Source of the DNA: Halocafeteria seosinensis
Lineage: Eukaryota
DNA length: 49,015 bases
Assembly: GCA_001687465.1 (NCBI GenBank)
Contig: LVLI01000184.1
Location: 1-49,015 of the forward strand
Reading direction: 5' to 3'
Below are positions 39,539 to 49,015 of the stretch, one piece after another. The notes beneath the pieces were generated by a model that was given only the letters and a program-made list of their open reading frames with translations, was not told the origin of the DNA and made no database searches. Made by a program: the position numbers and the translations under genes. The first letter of the stretch is position 1. Each line of letters begins with the position of its first letter.

Positions 39539-42500
39539 TTAATTTGCATTTCCACGTTGTATACCACCATGGGAAGTAACATTCCCAATGAACCGTGTGT
39601 GGTTTCCCACAAGGAAATGTACACGACCCCCTGATCCCGAGGTACCATTTCGTCTGCCGGTACCTCCATCTACGTGAAAACTGCCCGTACCCGACAGTTC
39701 TTGGCTCTTAACGAAAATACTGCCTCCAGCACCACCACCACCTTGGGACATAGCCGAACTGCCGCGGCAGCTGATAACACCATTGTTATGCAACTCTCCA
39801 TGGATTGCCAGTAACTGCAAAGCGTTTCCGCCATTGCCACCACCAGTGGACATTGCCGACCCTGAAGAACCACCAGGCCCTCGTACGAAGTTCTTATCAA
39901 AGGCACCACATGGTGCAGGCCCACCAAGTGCCTGACCAGCGTGACTTCCTCCAGCGCCTCCAGCAGATGCTGTACAGCCGAAGTCTACATCCGCCTCACC
40001 AGGAATGAGTCCACCACCATCCCCATTTAGTTGAGCCGTCTCCAACACAGCAATTGATTTGTTGGACTCTGTGATTAGCCCCTTGCTCAAATGATTCGAG
40101 AATACTACAGACCCTCCATCGTTGAGTACAATGTCAAAACCGGTGGATAACTTGGTAATTTCTCTCAAAATCATACTGGCATTGTCCCCGGCAACATGCA
40201 GGAAGCCTGAGATGTATATGAAGCTTTGGTGGTTGCTCCCACCAGAAATCTCCCCAGGGGACGCGTCCAGTCTACCAAAAGCCTGTACGCTAACGTTTCC
40301 CGTGAGATTGACCACTTGCTGGACGACTATGCGCAGATGACCCATATTTCGTACACTTAACGTTCCTGTGCTGTAATGCTCCCTAGGAGTCCCACTCAAC
40401 AGCGAATACCCGTCGGTATGGATACCTTCGTTGTCAATAGCTACGGACAGAGCATCATCACAAAGTACCCCGACGCATTTAGTTATCGTACCCGCGCTTC
40501 CATTGCGGAAGCCAATTCCACCGGCTGCACCCACCAAGGGAAAACCTGAAGACTCTTGCTCAAAGAGGAAGAGGACTCGTCCTCCACCGCCACCATTCCC
40601 TCTTTTTAGGCAGCTATCGACCATGCACAAACCGCCGTCCCCGCCGCTCGCAAGGATCTGTCCGCTACCTTCAAGAATATCGGCGGCGATTGTGACGCTA
40701 CCACCACTACCACCGCTTCCAGGAAATAGTTCATGATCTTCACCGGCGCCTCCTTCGACTGAGATGGATCCGTTAATAGACACAACGCCGAGAGGGGAGG
40801 TAACAGTGATGGAGTTACCGCCTGCACCACCGGCAGCTCCCACCGTGGAGCCTCCTTTAGTTCCACGAACTACGACGCTGTCGAACGATCCACATGGCGG
40901 GTTTTCAGCACCGCCCCCGGTGCCACCGTAAGTACCTCCCGCAGAGGACATGTTCAAGACCGTACAATCCTCGAGTGAGCGACTATCCATCAGCGAGTTC
41001 ACCCCACCACCAGCTCCATCTAGCATGGCATTCGCTGCTATTCCAGTGTAATCCCTCACCTCAAGAGTGAGTCCCGAGGAAAGGTGGTTGACTGCTGTCA
41101 CTGTCCCGGTTCCCTCAATTACCAATTGGTTTGCACGGAAGAGCATAACATCTCTCAAGAATACTCTGGCGTGCGGCAAAACCTCCAGTGACCCATCAAG
41201 TTCCAGTATCGCAGGCTTTATAGAGGACGTTCCAGCAACCTCCACAGCCGAGGAGTGACCCACGTTGACTGATCCATCTATTATGATCTTGTCAGCTTCA
41301 GAAAGATTCAGCAGCAGCTTCGCGGAGCCGGCTACCGCAAGTTCACCGGTGTAGTAGGAGTCCTCCTCCGGAACTCCTAATCGTGTAGGATTAACGCTTG
41401 CTAAATGATTGACACCAAGGATTCTCTTATTATCGACTACCACTTTTCGTTCAGAACTTGGTGGCAACTCTTCAAAATTCTCGTAGCTAGACGAGTTAAA
41501 CTGTGCCCACAGAATGGTCCCCGCACCTCCAATAAGATGGATTGTCTCGTTTAGAGTGCCTCCGCCACCACCTGACGCTTCAACGCTTCCTTCATAGTCG
41601 TCGAATGCAGACACAAACAAAAGCATTCGACCGCCACTCCCGCCACCGCCAGCTAATGCTTCGTCCATTGAACTTCCTCCGTCTCCTCCGGAACACCGCA
41701 ATACACCGCTACCAATCAATCGCGAAGTGACGAGCAGTATGCTTCCACCAGCTCCACCACCACCAGCAATATAGCTCCGGTTTGTACTCTCTCCTTCAGC
41801 ACCACTCATGCTTATCATTCCATCTACCAAGACCGATCCAATAGGCGACGTAACTTGGATCCAGATGCTTGATCCGCCGTAACCACCCATTAGTGCAGAC
41901 CCCGAAGAGCCTCCACTGCCCGTGAAGAACATGTCCTCAATATTGCCGCAACCTTGGGGTCCTTGGCGGCCCCCTTGTCCACCAAAACTACCTCCACTAC
42001 CTCGTGTACTAGAGCCTTCACAACCAGCGATCAAGTTATTGCTGTCGTGAGGAAGACCAAGGCCGTCACCAACAATGCTACTAGTCCCGTCGACTTCGAG
42101 GTAGTCGGCAACAAAGAACCGCGAGCCGAGCGACGTGCGGCTCGAGACAGAAAATTCAGTTTTATCAACAACGTATAGCGACGAAGCACGGAATTCGTCC
42201 AAGTCTTGCACAAGAACATTCGAGTTCCGAGCGAGCACTTGACCACTTAAACTGAAGTGGGAGGAATTCCGAGTCTTGTATATCAAACGAGCATGACTGT
42301 TATTCAGGGAAAGATTCCCATCAACAAGAACGGTTGGAGGACAGCGCATTCCGATTGCATTTCCAAACTCCACTCGTCCCATGTTGACTACGTGAAGATC
42401 ATCAATAGCATATTTCTCGCGACAAGTTCCCGACAACCATGTGAATCGCGGATCCGAAGTATCACCTGCCAGGAAAATATCTCGATTGTCGACTGTAACA

Positions 42501-45500
42501 GAGGTGATTCCCAAGGAACCATCATGCAAAAAGATCGTCCCTGCAGCCGCATGGTAACCTGAGTGAGCGCTGCCACTGCTAGCTACGATTTCTCCACTAA
42601 ACAAATGGAGACGGCTGACATACAACGCGATCCGGCCGCCGCTCCCCGCTCCTCCCAACTCTGAGTCACCTCCTCGGGAGGAAATATAACCGCCATTCGT
42701 GCCACTGAGGACACTAGAGAACACCGTCAATGTGCCGCCCGAGCCGCCGCCCGCTTGGCCGAACCCCGCACCCCCATCAACAGAAACACGACCGTCTACT
42801 AAGACTGTACTGTTCTCAGTTGCATTAGCGATAATTTGTACAGCGGAGCCTCCATTTCCAACCCTGCTGCTTTTGTCAGGGGTTGAACCCCCAGGGACCC
42901 CGGAAATGAGAACCGAACCATCAAACTCCCCACATGGGTCACTGCCATTCATGGATCTGCCGCCATAGCTACCACCGCTACCAGGTGGAGACAGGGAACA
43001 ATCTTCATGGGACTCATTGAAGCCGTTGCCCTTCCCTGTACCGTCAAGGGAACTCCCCTTACACACACGAAATTCTTCGGCGACTTCCACCGTAGTGGTT
43101 GCTGCGTCAGTGTGTATCTCTGCAACGCCACCATTCCCACAAACTTGAAATTTACTAGCCGATACATGGTTAATATTGGACAACCTCATCAAAGCTGATA
43201 TCCGAACACTACCATCGAAAGCCAGTGAGACCGCTCGAGATGACCGTCTGGAGACTTCGAATATGCTTCCATGGTCCACTTCTAATGAGCCTCCAAGTCG
43301 CACACGTGGAATTGCGGACGTCAGTCCCCAAACCATGCGTGCCTGGTTCTTCAACCGGATGGAGGTTCTAAAATTCCTGCTTAGATTTCCACTCAAAGCA
43401 GTCAAACTGTTGTTTGCAGCGGCAATATTGCAGTTGTCCACAGTGACCATGCTGTGTCCGCTTGCGATTTCCCGTTCCAAAACAGTCCCAGCTGAACCTG
43501 TTGAAACAGGAGAGGTACCACCGCAAGCAACAAGTTGCCCGACAAAGTCAAGAATCTCTTCGGCATGGAGGGAGATTCTACCTCCGCTCCCTCCTCCACC
43601 TTCTTTCGACCACGCGCCTGTTGCTTCCACCTTCCCTGATCCGCGAATTTCCATAGCATGTAAGAAGATACTCCCTCCAGAACTTCCCCCACCATGTAGA
43701 CCGTCTGCACCTGCGGATGCGGAAGCGTTTATCAACCCATCGATTGAAATCAATGCAGCTTCATTTTCCCCCTCTTGACCTTCAATATAAAGAATACCTC
43801 CCGCTGGATTATCCGAACGATTTCCACCGGAGGGAATGCCCAGTTGAAACGGCTCCTCGTATTCACCACAGGGCGCAACAGGAGACAGCCCACCCTGTCC
43901 CCCGTAAGAGGCCCCAGCGGGATGAGGAGAAATCGAGCAATTGCCAAGCTGTGCTACCTCGCCACCAGAGGAGGTGCACCCTGTAGCGCTCCATGTGCTT
44001 CCATTTCTCGTAATAAATTCCGTCGAGCGGACACTGACTCCTGCTACCTCGCAATTAGAAGTCTCGACAGAAGCTCCACCCTCTAGTTCCACCACTGAGG
44101 CGTTGATCGTATTGACTTCATAAAGCCGCAAAGATGCTTCACCATATAGAAAGAGCTCTCCAAACTTGTATACGCCTGGTAGGCTCGGTGAATGGCCGCC
44201 AGTACCATATAATTGGACTTGAGCATCAGGACCGATGTTCAGGTTAGAGACACTGGCCAAAAACCCATGAACTTCTACATGCTGATCGAGCACAGTGGTA
44301 TTCAGCGGAAGTAGCAACGTCCCGCCAAGTGAAACAAATACATCGACGAAATCTAGTCGGAACGAATCCGCTATCCACCGTGAAGTAATATGGCTGATGC
44401 GCCACACGGATCCGTCATCCAAGGAATATCCTCGGCCCACAGGGTTTCTCGCAGTGATATTTGCCGTGGAAGGTCCAACAATGTCCACGTAGACATCGTC
44501 TGCGACCTCGAGCATTCCAGTGCCATCTCCAAAAAAAGAAAGGATATTTAGTACAATTCCTCCTTCCCAATAATAGGGACTGTAAGGACTCATGACGCCG
44601 AAGCGGCTCCCGCCACCAATGAAGACTTCGTCGAATGCGTACTCGGCAGACGAATTCGGCAGAAGAGTTTGTTTAGATACATTAGACAATGTCGCATCGC
44701 CATTATCCACCTCCAGTCGATATAGCAGCATACTAGACACCTCAGATGCGAACACAACCGTCCCGGCAGCCCCTCGTAGTATTGCACTGCTGCCGTAGCC
44801 TCCGTGGGCTATACCGTGTCCGCTGAACAATGTTGCATCCGTAGAGTATACAGCAATCCGACCACCTGAGCCACCGCCAGAGCGAGGATCACCAGCCGAG
44901 CCGCCATTAGACTGAATTGTGCCTGACCCAGATAAGGAGTACACATTAACAAATATGCTGCCCCCACTACCTCCTCCTCCGGAACTCCCGTTGATTATGT
45001 TGGATTCTTGGCCACTATTCCCATTAGCCACAATTTTCCCATCCAGAATGATATGACTGGGAGCATGAATGCTACCGTTAATGATGATAAGACCCCCGCC
45101 GGCTCCACCTAATTTCCCACTGTCTCCACTGCCTCCGCCGGATCCACCAGTCAACGGAAGTAACACATCCCCACAAGGAAGACCCCGATTCAGAAAATTG
45201 CTGCCACCATATCCTCCATAGCTACCACCTTCGCTTAGCTTGGCAGAGTGACAGTTGTCTTCGAAAGCTGCACCTCCACTCAAAAATCCCTCTCCAGAGG
45301 AATCTACAAGACTGGTTTCGTCAATAGACAATTCATGACTAAACTGCAATCGTAGTGGACTGCTGCCATTGGCCTCATGCACAATTTGAGAATAGTTTCC
45401 TACCTGCATATTCCGGCTGGAGATCGTGCGAGATCCTTGTCCTTCAACGGTCGAGTATGAAGACACTTCAAACACATCATCTACTTGAACATGCCGCCAC

Positions 45501-48500
45501 AGCGAAACGAGTGAGTTATGCATCACCTTAAGACTGCCCAGGATGTCTATGACGAAGCCTTCGGTATCTGCCGCGTCGCCAAATACACCCATTGCATTCG
45601 ACCCAAGCACGAAATTTCCAGTTACTGTGATGTTCTTCCTGCAAGCTTGGCGACCAAATTCAACTTTTCCCTTATTCCTGCTAAGTACTGATGCATTGAA
45701 GATCCCGCGGCAATCATCTGTCAGCCATGTATACCTTCTGTCGCTGAGGGACCCTGTGTCCGTACCGTTGTTATCGATAACCACCTCAGCGTCGTCATCC
45801 TCGTCCTTAGGTCCCGAATGCAAGTATACAGTACCAGCTGCTCCGTGGTTTCCATTGGAATGAGTGCCCCCAAAAGATGTAATTCTGCCGTGAAATGCTG
45901 AAGAGAGCCGGGAAAACACGGCGATACGACCACCACTTCCACTGCCGCCGTTGTTGGTGGAAGCGCCTCCATTTGCACTCAGGTGACCTTCCTTAGTTCC
46001 CTGCAGAAGCACAGTATCAACGACTATGCTCCCTCCGCTTCCACCGCCACTTCCCTCTATCCCGTCTCCGCCATTCACCGTGACGATACCGTTAACCACA
46101 ACTCGCGAATGGTTATACGTCAAGGATACAAGTTGAACGGACCCTCCGCCTTTTCCTCCCGCACTTGAAGAGCTTACGGAAGATGTACCACCACTTCCAA
46201 AAGACATAGCCTGATCATATGCACCACAAGGGGCCGTTCCTTTAAATCCGCGGCCACCATAACTACCTCCTGCTGCCGGATGGCTTGAGACAGCACAGCC
46301 ATGTGCTCGTTGTGCCTCGTCCGACAACATTCCACTCCGCGCGGCATTGAGAACGGCGGTCTCTGCGATAAGTATCTGATCATGACCGACGATTCTGACA
46401 GGGTGTTTTGCAAAAGTTCTCTTGGAAACAAGCTGACTGTATTCGGCAAGTTGCAGCTTTTCGGCTTCGACGAGACGGACATCTTCTATCCTCAACAGGC
46501 TCCGATGACCAGATATCACGACTTCTCCTTCCCAAACGAAAGAAGCATTCTCCGTCACGTCCGAGAGAGAGTGAGTAAGATCGAGGATGCTACCTTCCTC
46601 TACAAGAAGATGCCGTCCAGCGCGAACAAGTGGAGCTGAGCCATTGCTACTAGGTGGAACCGTGAACAAGCTACGCGTTCCGCCGCGCAGGATCATGAAA
46701 TCAATGGAGTACTCACTGCGATGACTGCCACTAAGTAAAGTCAGAGAGGTCTCAGGAGTCCCTCGACCACCATTGTGAATCAATACCGTCACATTGTCAT
46801 CTCGGCTACCCTCCGTAACAAACAGGATTGTCCCCGCAGAGCCCGTTCGAAGATGCTTTGCGGTTCCACCGGCCAACCCCCCGTAGGTTGTCACACTCAA
46901 ATCATTGCTTCGCTCCGATGCATTCACCAGAATGCGACCTCCACCTCCTCCTCCAGTTTCAGAGTAACACATACTAGTCGTTCCCGAGCAAGAGCCTGCC
47001 TCGCCGCCGTCAGCGGACAATAGGCCAGTACCATCAAGCGTGCGGCAGAAGATAAACAAAGCACCTCCACTGCCCCCACTACTAGGATTCCGTTCATCGG
47101 AGCGGCCAGCATCTCCGTTTACGGTCAGGGTACCAAACACACCAACTGTGCCATTCTCTACGGTTATTCTTATGGAATTACCGCCTGCCCCTCCCAAAAC
47201 ATCCTCACTTGAACCACCTGGGGTTCCGCGCAAGGGGGTTCTGTCAAAGTCACCACACGGAGTCGAGCCGTTATTGCCTCCTTGGCCTCCGTAGCTTCCA
47301 CCTGCTGTCGAGACATTCAACACTTCACAACCTCCAACATCACCAGGATCTCCCTGCTGATCTATCCCACCTCCTGCGCCACTAAGGGTACCACCATAGT
47401 CTATCACCAGCTCTTGCTCCACATTGAGTTCCAACCCTTTAGACATATAATTAGTGGCTGAGACATGCGAGCTGTTGCGTACGTAAAACGCTTTTGCCTC
47501 TGCATGCCCAATTTCGCTCAGTTTCATTGTGCTGCCTTCGCTAATAGAGAGCGTGTCTGAGACGCTGAACTTGCCGAAAGGGTACTTCTGCTTTCCAAAT
47601 ACTTCAATATGAGCTTCCCGGTTCGCTGAAACGGAGCCATATATGCTTACACCATGTGGCTTGGTATTTACGGCAAGCGTGGAGCAACCAGTTACATCCA
47701 GCTGATCTATCTGGTAAAACCGACGTTCTGGCACTGCCAATCGAGTTGCCGCCTCTACCTCAAAAGGGGAACTGCGGCAACCGTCATCTACCAGAACGCG
47801 ACGGAAGGTGGATCGAGGAAGTTTCAATGCACTGCCAAGGTACGCACACTTAGTGCGATCCTGCAAAATAGTCCCAACGGCACCAATAAGCTCACGACTG
47901 TTCGACAACTGACTCAAGCCACCATAAGCGTCAATTCTGCCGGCAAATGCTTCCGAATCTACAGTCGATACGATGACACGACCACCACTACCACCGCCAC
48001 CACTCAGTTCGGCGGAAACAACATTTATACCACCATCACCACCCTGACAGCTCACGTTGCCACCACCAAACAACCGGTTCACAACAATGGTGATGCCCCC
48101 TCCACTACCACCACCACCAGCTGTCGCATTGGCGTCGTAGCTGTCAGTCCCAGCCAGACCGCGGGAGCTGATCTCTCCTTCCAAGTGCAACCATCCTGAA
48201 GACGACAAAACGCTGATCCAAAGACCGTTACCGCCAGCGCCACCTGCCAATGCACTCGTCGAACCGTGGCTACCACCTGATCCACGGAAGAACACGTTGT
48301 CAATACTCCCGCAGCCCCAAGACCCTCCATGTCCACCCTGGCCACCGAAGCTACCACCACTGCCAATTACCCCGCTACTCAAACAGCCTGCTTCCCTATT
48401 TGACATATTGCTTCCAAATCCTTCACCGTCTCCGTCAATCCGTGAGCTCGCGCTAACGAAAAGGCTATCGTGGATTGTGAACCGAGTGCCGTTTCGCCCG

Positions 48501-49015
48501 TCATTGACGACAAATACGCTACTTGACTCATTTAACCACCCACTATCAAACTCGAAAACGTCCACATTATCTAGCAGGATTGAAGAATCACTCTCTAGAG
48601 ACAATGTATCGCGAACAGTAAACGCCTTGGAATGACTGCCGCCTCCTAATTCATATATCCAACGAGCTTGACTCTCTCCCATCATACTGAGAGAGCCATT
48701 CAAGACTGTCGATACATCGCATGCCATGCTCAATACATCACCAAATTCCAATCGACCTCTCCCTGTTACCACAACTTCATCAATAGCATACACATTACGG
48801 CATTTTCCTGATAACCAGGTGTATCGCCGGTCAGCAAAAGGAACACCCCCAAGTAAATTTGCGTTATCTATGACCACGATTGTCTCATCCAAGTTGTCGT
48901 AAGACCCAATGTGCCAGTACGCTGTTCCAGCTCCGGCCACAAGACCAGATGGTCCTTCACCGCTACGACTCATGGTTGTACCACGATAATCGTTCGATAG
49001 GCTCATAAAAGCTGC
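39539..49015 (-). CDS. Gene C: giant glycine-rich-module protein (5' end outside window; at least 3158 aa, 9 complete modules)
   Basis: The frame is open to the window edge (GCA GCT TTT ATG..), so the Met at 49006 is internal, lying in a module tail. It has the same module consensus as genes A and B and ends ..FIGNVTSHGGIQRGNAN* with no TM segment. Confidence 0.88.
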   Translation of the reverse strand, partial: AAFMSLSNDYRGTTMSRSGEGPSGLVAGAGTAYWHIGSYDNLDETIVVIDNANLLGGVPFADRRYTWLSGKCRNVYAIDEVVVTGRGRLEFGDVLSMACDVSTVLNGSLSMMGESQARWIYELGGGSHSKAFTVRDTLSLESDSSILLDNVDVFEFDSGWLNESSSVFVVNDGRNGTRFTIHDSLFVSASSRIDGDGEGFGSNMSNREAGCLSSGVIGSGGSFGGQGGHGGSWGCGSIDNVFFRGSGGSHGSTSALAGGAGGNGLWISVLSSSGWLHLEGEISSRGLAGTDSYDANATAGGGGSGGGITIVVNRLFGGGNVSCQGGDGGINVVSAELSGGGGSGGRVIVSTVDSEAFAGRIDAYGGLSQLSNSRELIGAVGTILQDRTKCAYLGSALKLPRSTFRRVLVDDGCRSSPFEVEAATRLAVPERRFYQIDQLDVTGCSTLAVNTKPHGVSIYGSVSANREAHIEVFGKQKYPFGKFSVSDTLSISEGSTMKLSEIGHAEAKAFYVRNSSHVSATNYMSKGLELNVEQELVIDYGGTLSGAGGGIDQQGDPGDVGGCEVLNVSTAGGSYGGQGGNNGSTPCGDFDRTPLRGTPGGSSEDVLGGAGGNSIRITVENGTVGVFGTLTVNGDAGRSDERNPSSGGSGGALFIFCRTLDGTGLLSADGGEAGSCSGTTSMCYSETGGGGGGRILVNASERSNDLSVTTYGGLAGGTAKHLRTGSAGTILFVTEGSRDDNVTVLIHNGGRGTPETSLTLLSGSHRSEYSIDFMILRGGTRSLFTVPPSSNGSAPLVRAGRHLLVEEGSILDLTHSLSDVTENASFVWEGEVVISGHRSLLRIEDVRLVEAEKLQLAEYSQLVSKRTFAKHPVRIVGHDQILIAETAVLNAARSGMLSDEAQRAHGCAVSSHPAAGGSYGGRGFKGTAPCGAYDQAMSFGSGGTSSVSSSSAGGKGGGSVQLVSLTYNHSRVVVNGIVTVNGGDGIEGSGGGSGGSIVVDTVLLQGTKEGHLSANGGASTNNGGSGSGGRIAVFSRLSSAFHGRITSFGGTHSNGNHGAAGTVYLHSGPKDEDDDAEVVIDNNGTDTGSLSDRRYTWLTDDCRGIFNASVLSRNKGKVEFGRQACRKNITVTGNFVLGSNAMGVFGDAADTEGFVIDILGSLKVMHNSLVSLWRHVQVDDVFEVSSYSTVEGQGSRTISSRNMQVGNYSQIVHEANGSSPLRLQFSHELSIDETSLVDSSGEGFLSGGAAFEDNCHSAKLSEGGSYGGYGGSNFLNRGLPCGDVLLPLTGGSGGGSGDSGKLGGAGGGLIIINGSIHAPSHIILDGKIVANGNSGQESNIINGSSGGGGSGGSIFVNVYSLSGSGTIQSNGGSAGDPRSGGGSGGRIAVYSTDATLFSGHGIAHGGYGSSAILRGAAGTVVFASEVSSMLLYRLEVDNGDATLSNVSKQTLLPNSSAEYAFDEVFIGGGSRFGVMSPYSPYYWEGGIVLNILSFFGDGTGMLEVADDVYVDIVGPSTANITARNPVGRGYSLDDGSVWRISHITSRWIADSFRLDFVDVFVSLGGTLLLPLNTTVLDQHVEVHGFLASVSNLNIGPDAQVQLYGTGGHSPSLPGVYKFGELFLYGEASLRLYEVNTINASVVELEGGASVETSNCEVAGVSVRSTEFITRNGSTWSATGCTSSGGEVAQLGNCSISPHPAGASYGGQGGLSPVAPCGEYEEPFQLGIPSGGNRSDNPAGGILYIEGQEGENEAALISIDGLINASASAGADGLHGGGSSGGSIFLHAMEIRGSGKVEATGAWSKEGGGGSGGRISLHAEEILDFVGQLVACGGTSPVSTGSAGTVLEREIASGHSMVTVDNCNIAAANNSLTALSGNLSRNFRTSIRLKNQARMVWGLTSAIPRVRLGGSLEVDHGSIFEVSRRSSRAVSLAFDGSVRISALMRLSNINHVSASKFQVCGNGGVAEIHTDAATTTVEVAEEFRVCKGSSLDGTGKGNGFNESHEDCSLSPPGSGGSYGGRSMNGSDPCGEFDGSVLISGVPGGSTPDKSSRVGNGGSAVQIIANATENSTVLVDGRVSVDGGAGFGQAGGGSGGTLTVFSSVLSGTNGGYISSRGGDSELGGAGSGGRIALYVSRLHLFSGEIVASSGSAHSGYHAAAGTIFLHDGSLGITSVTVDNRDIFLAGDTSDPRFTWLSGTCREKYAIDDLHVVNMGRVEFGNAIGMRCPPTVLVDGNLSLNNSHARLIYKTRNSSHFSLSGQVLARNSNVLVQDLDEFRASSLYVVDKTEFSVSSRTSLGSRFFVADYLEVDGTSSIVGDGLGLPHDSNNLIAGCEGSSTRGSGGSFGGQGGRQGPQGCGNIEDMFFTGSGGSSGSALMGGYGGSSIWIQVTSPIGSVLVDGMISMSGAEGESTNRSYIAGGGGAGGSILLVTSRLIGSGVLRCSGGDGGSSMDEALAGGGGSGGRMLLFVSAFDDYEGSVEASGGGGGTLNETIHLIGGAGTILWAQFNSSSYENFEELPPSSERKVVVDNKRILGVNHLASVNPTRLGVPEEDSYYTGELAVAGSAKLLLNLSEADKIIIDGSVNVGHSSAVEVAGTSSIKPAILELDGSLEVLPHARVFLRDVMLFRANQLVIEGTGTVTAVNHLSSGLTLEVRDYTGIAANAMLDGAGGGVNSLMDSRSLEDCTVLNMSSAGGTYGGTGGGAENPPCGSFDSVVVRGTKGGSTVGAAGGAGGNSITVTSPLGVVSINGSISVEGGAGEDHELFPGSGGSGGSVTIAADILEGSGQILASGGDGGLCMVDSCLKRGNGGGGGRVLFLFEQESSGFPLVGAAGGIGFRNGSAGTITKCVGVLCDDALSVAIDNEGIHTDGYSLLSGTPREHYSTGTLSVRNMGHLRIVVQQVVNLTGNVSVQAFGRLDASPGEISGGSNHQSFIYISGFLHVAGDNASMILREITKLSTGFDIVLNDGGSVVFSNHLSKGLITESNKSIAVLETAQLNGDGGGLIPGEADVDFGCTASAGGAGGSHAGQALGGPAPCGAFDKNFVRGPGGSSGSAMSTGGGNGGNALQLLAIHGELHNNGVISCRGSSAMSQGGGGAGGSIFVKSQELSGTGSFHVDGGTGRRNGTSGSGGRVHFLVGNHTRFIGNVTSHGGIQRGNAN

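Noticed and set aside
206..48635. Numerous Pro-rich plus-strand ORFs (e.g. 1685-2269, 30660-31514, 43176-43778)
   Set aside because: They are antisense shadows of Gly codons (GGN read as NCC/CCN) in the giant minus-strand genes.
49004..49006. ATG at 49006 as the start of gene C
   Set aside because: The frame stays open to the window edge, there is no signal peptide, and the sequence is a module tail.

Overview
Eukaryotic (probably protist or algal) DNA of roughly 50% GC, with GT-AG introns of 66-75 nt. Three co-oriented minus-strand paralogues dominate the window. Each encodes a giant secreted or cell-surface protein built from ~310-430-aa glycine-rich modules (GGSYGGxGG...GSGG...GGxGG...GGGSGGSI...GxGxIxAxGG...GGGGSGGRI...GAAGT). 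Gene A (7086 to <1, at least 2337 aa, missed by the ORF track) has a signal peptide, an intron and an ETPSxS mucin-like repeat. Gene B (36226-14468, ~7230 aa after removing a hidden in-frame intron) has 17 modules, Cys-rich repeats, Ig-like segments, one TM helix and a tail with a duplicated AYESYDSVL motif. Gene C (>49015-39539) has at least 9 modules and no anchor. Between A and B lies a decayed CRE-like non-LTR retrotransposon (RT plus restriction-like endonuclease). Its RT core is replaced by an oppositely oriented RNase H + chromodomain fragment, and a 25-bp direct repeat may be its target-site duplication. Between B and C lie a perfect 37-bp inverted repeat and a 530-bp AT-rich element with 38-bp TIRs and a 6-bp TSD. 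All family assignments come from motif recognition by eye; no searches were run.
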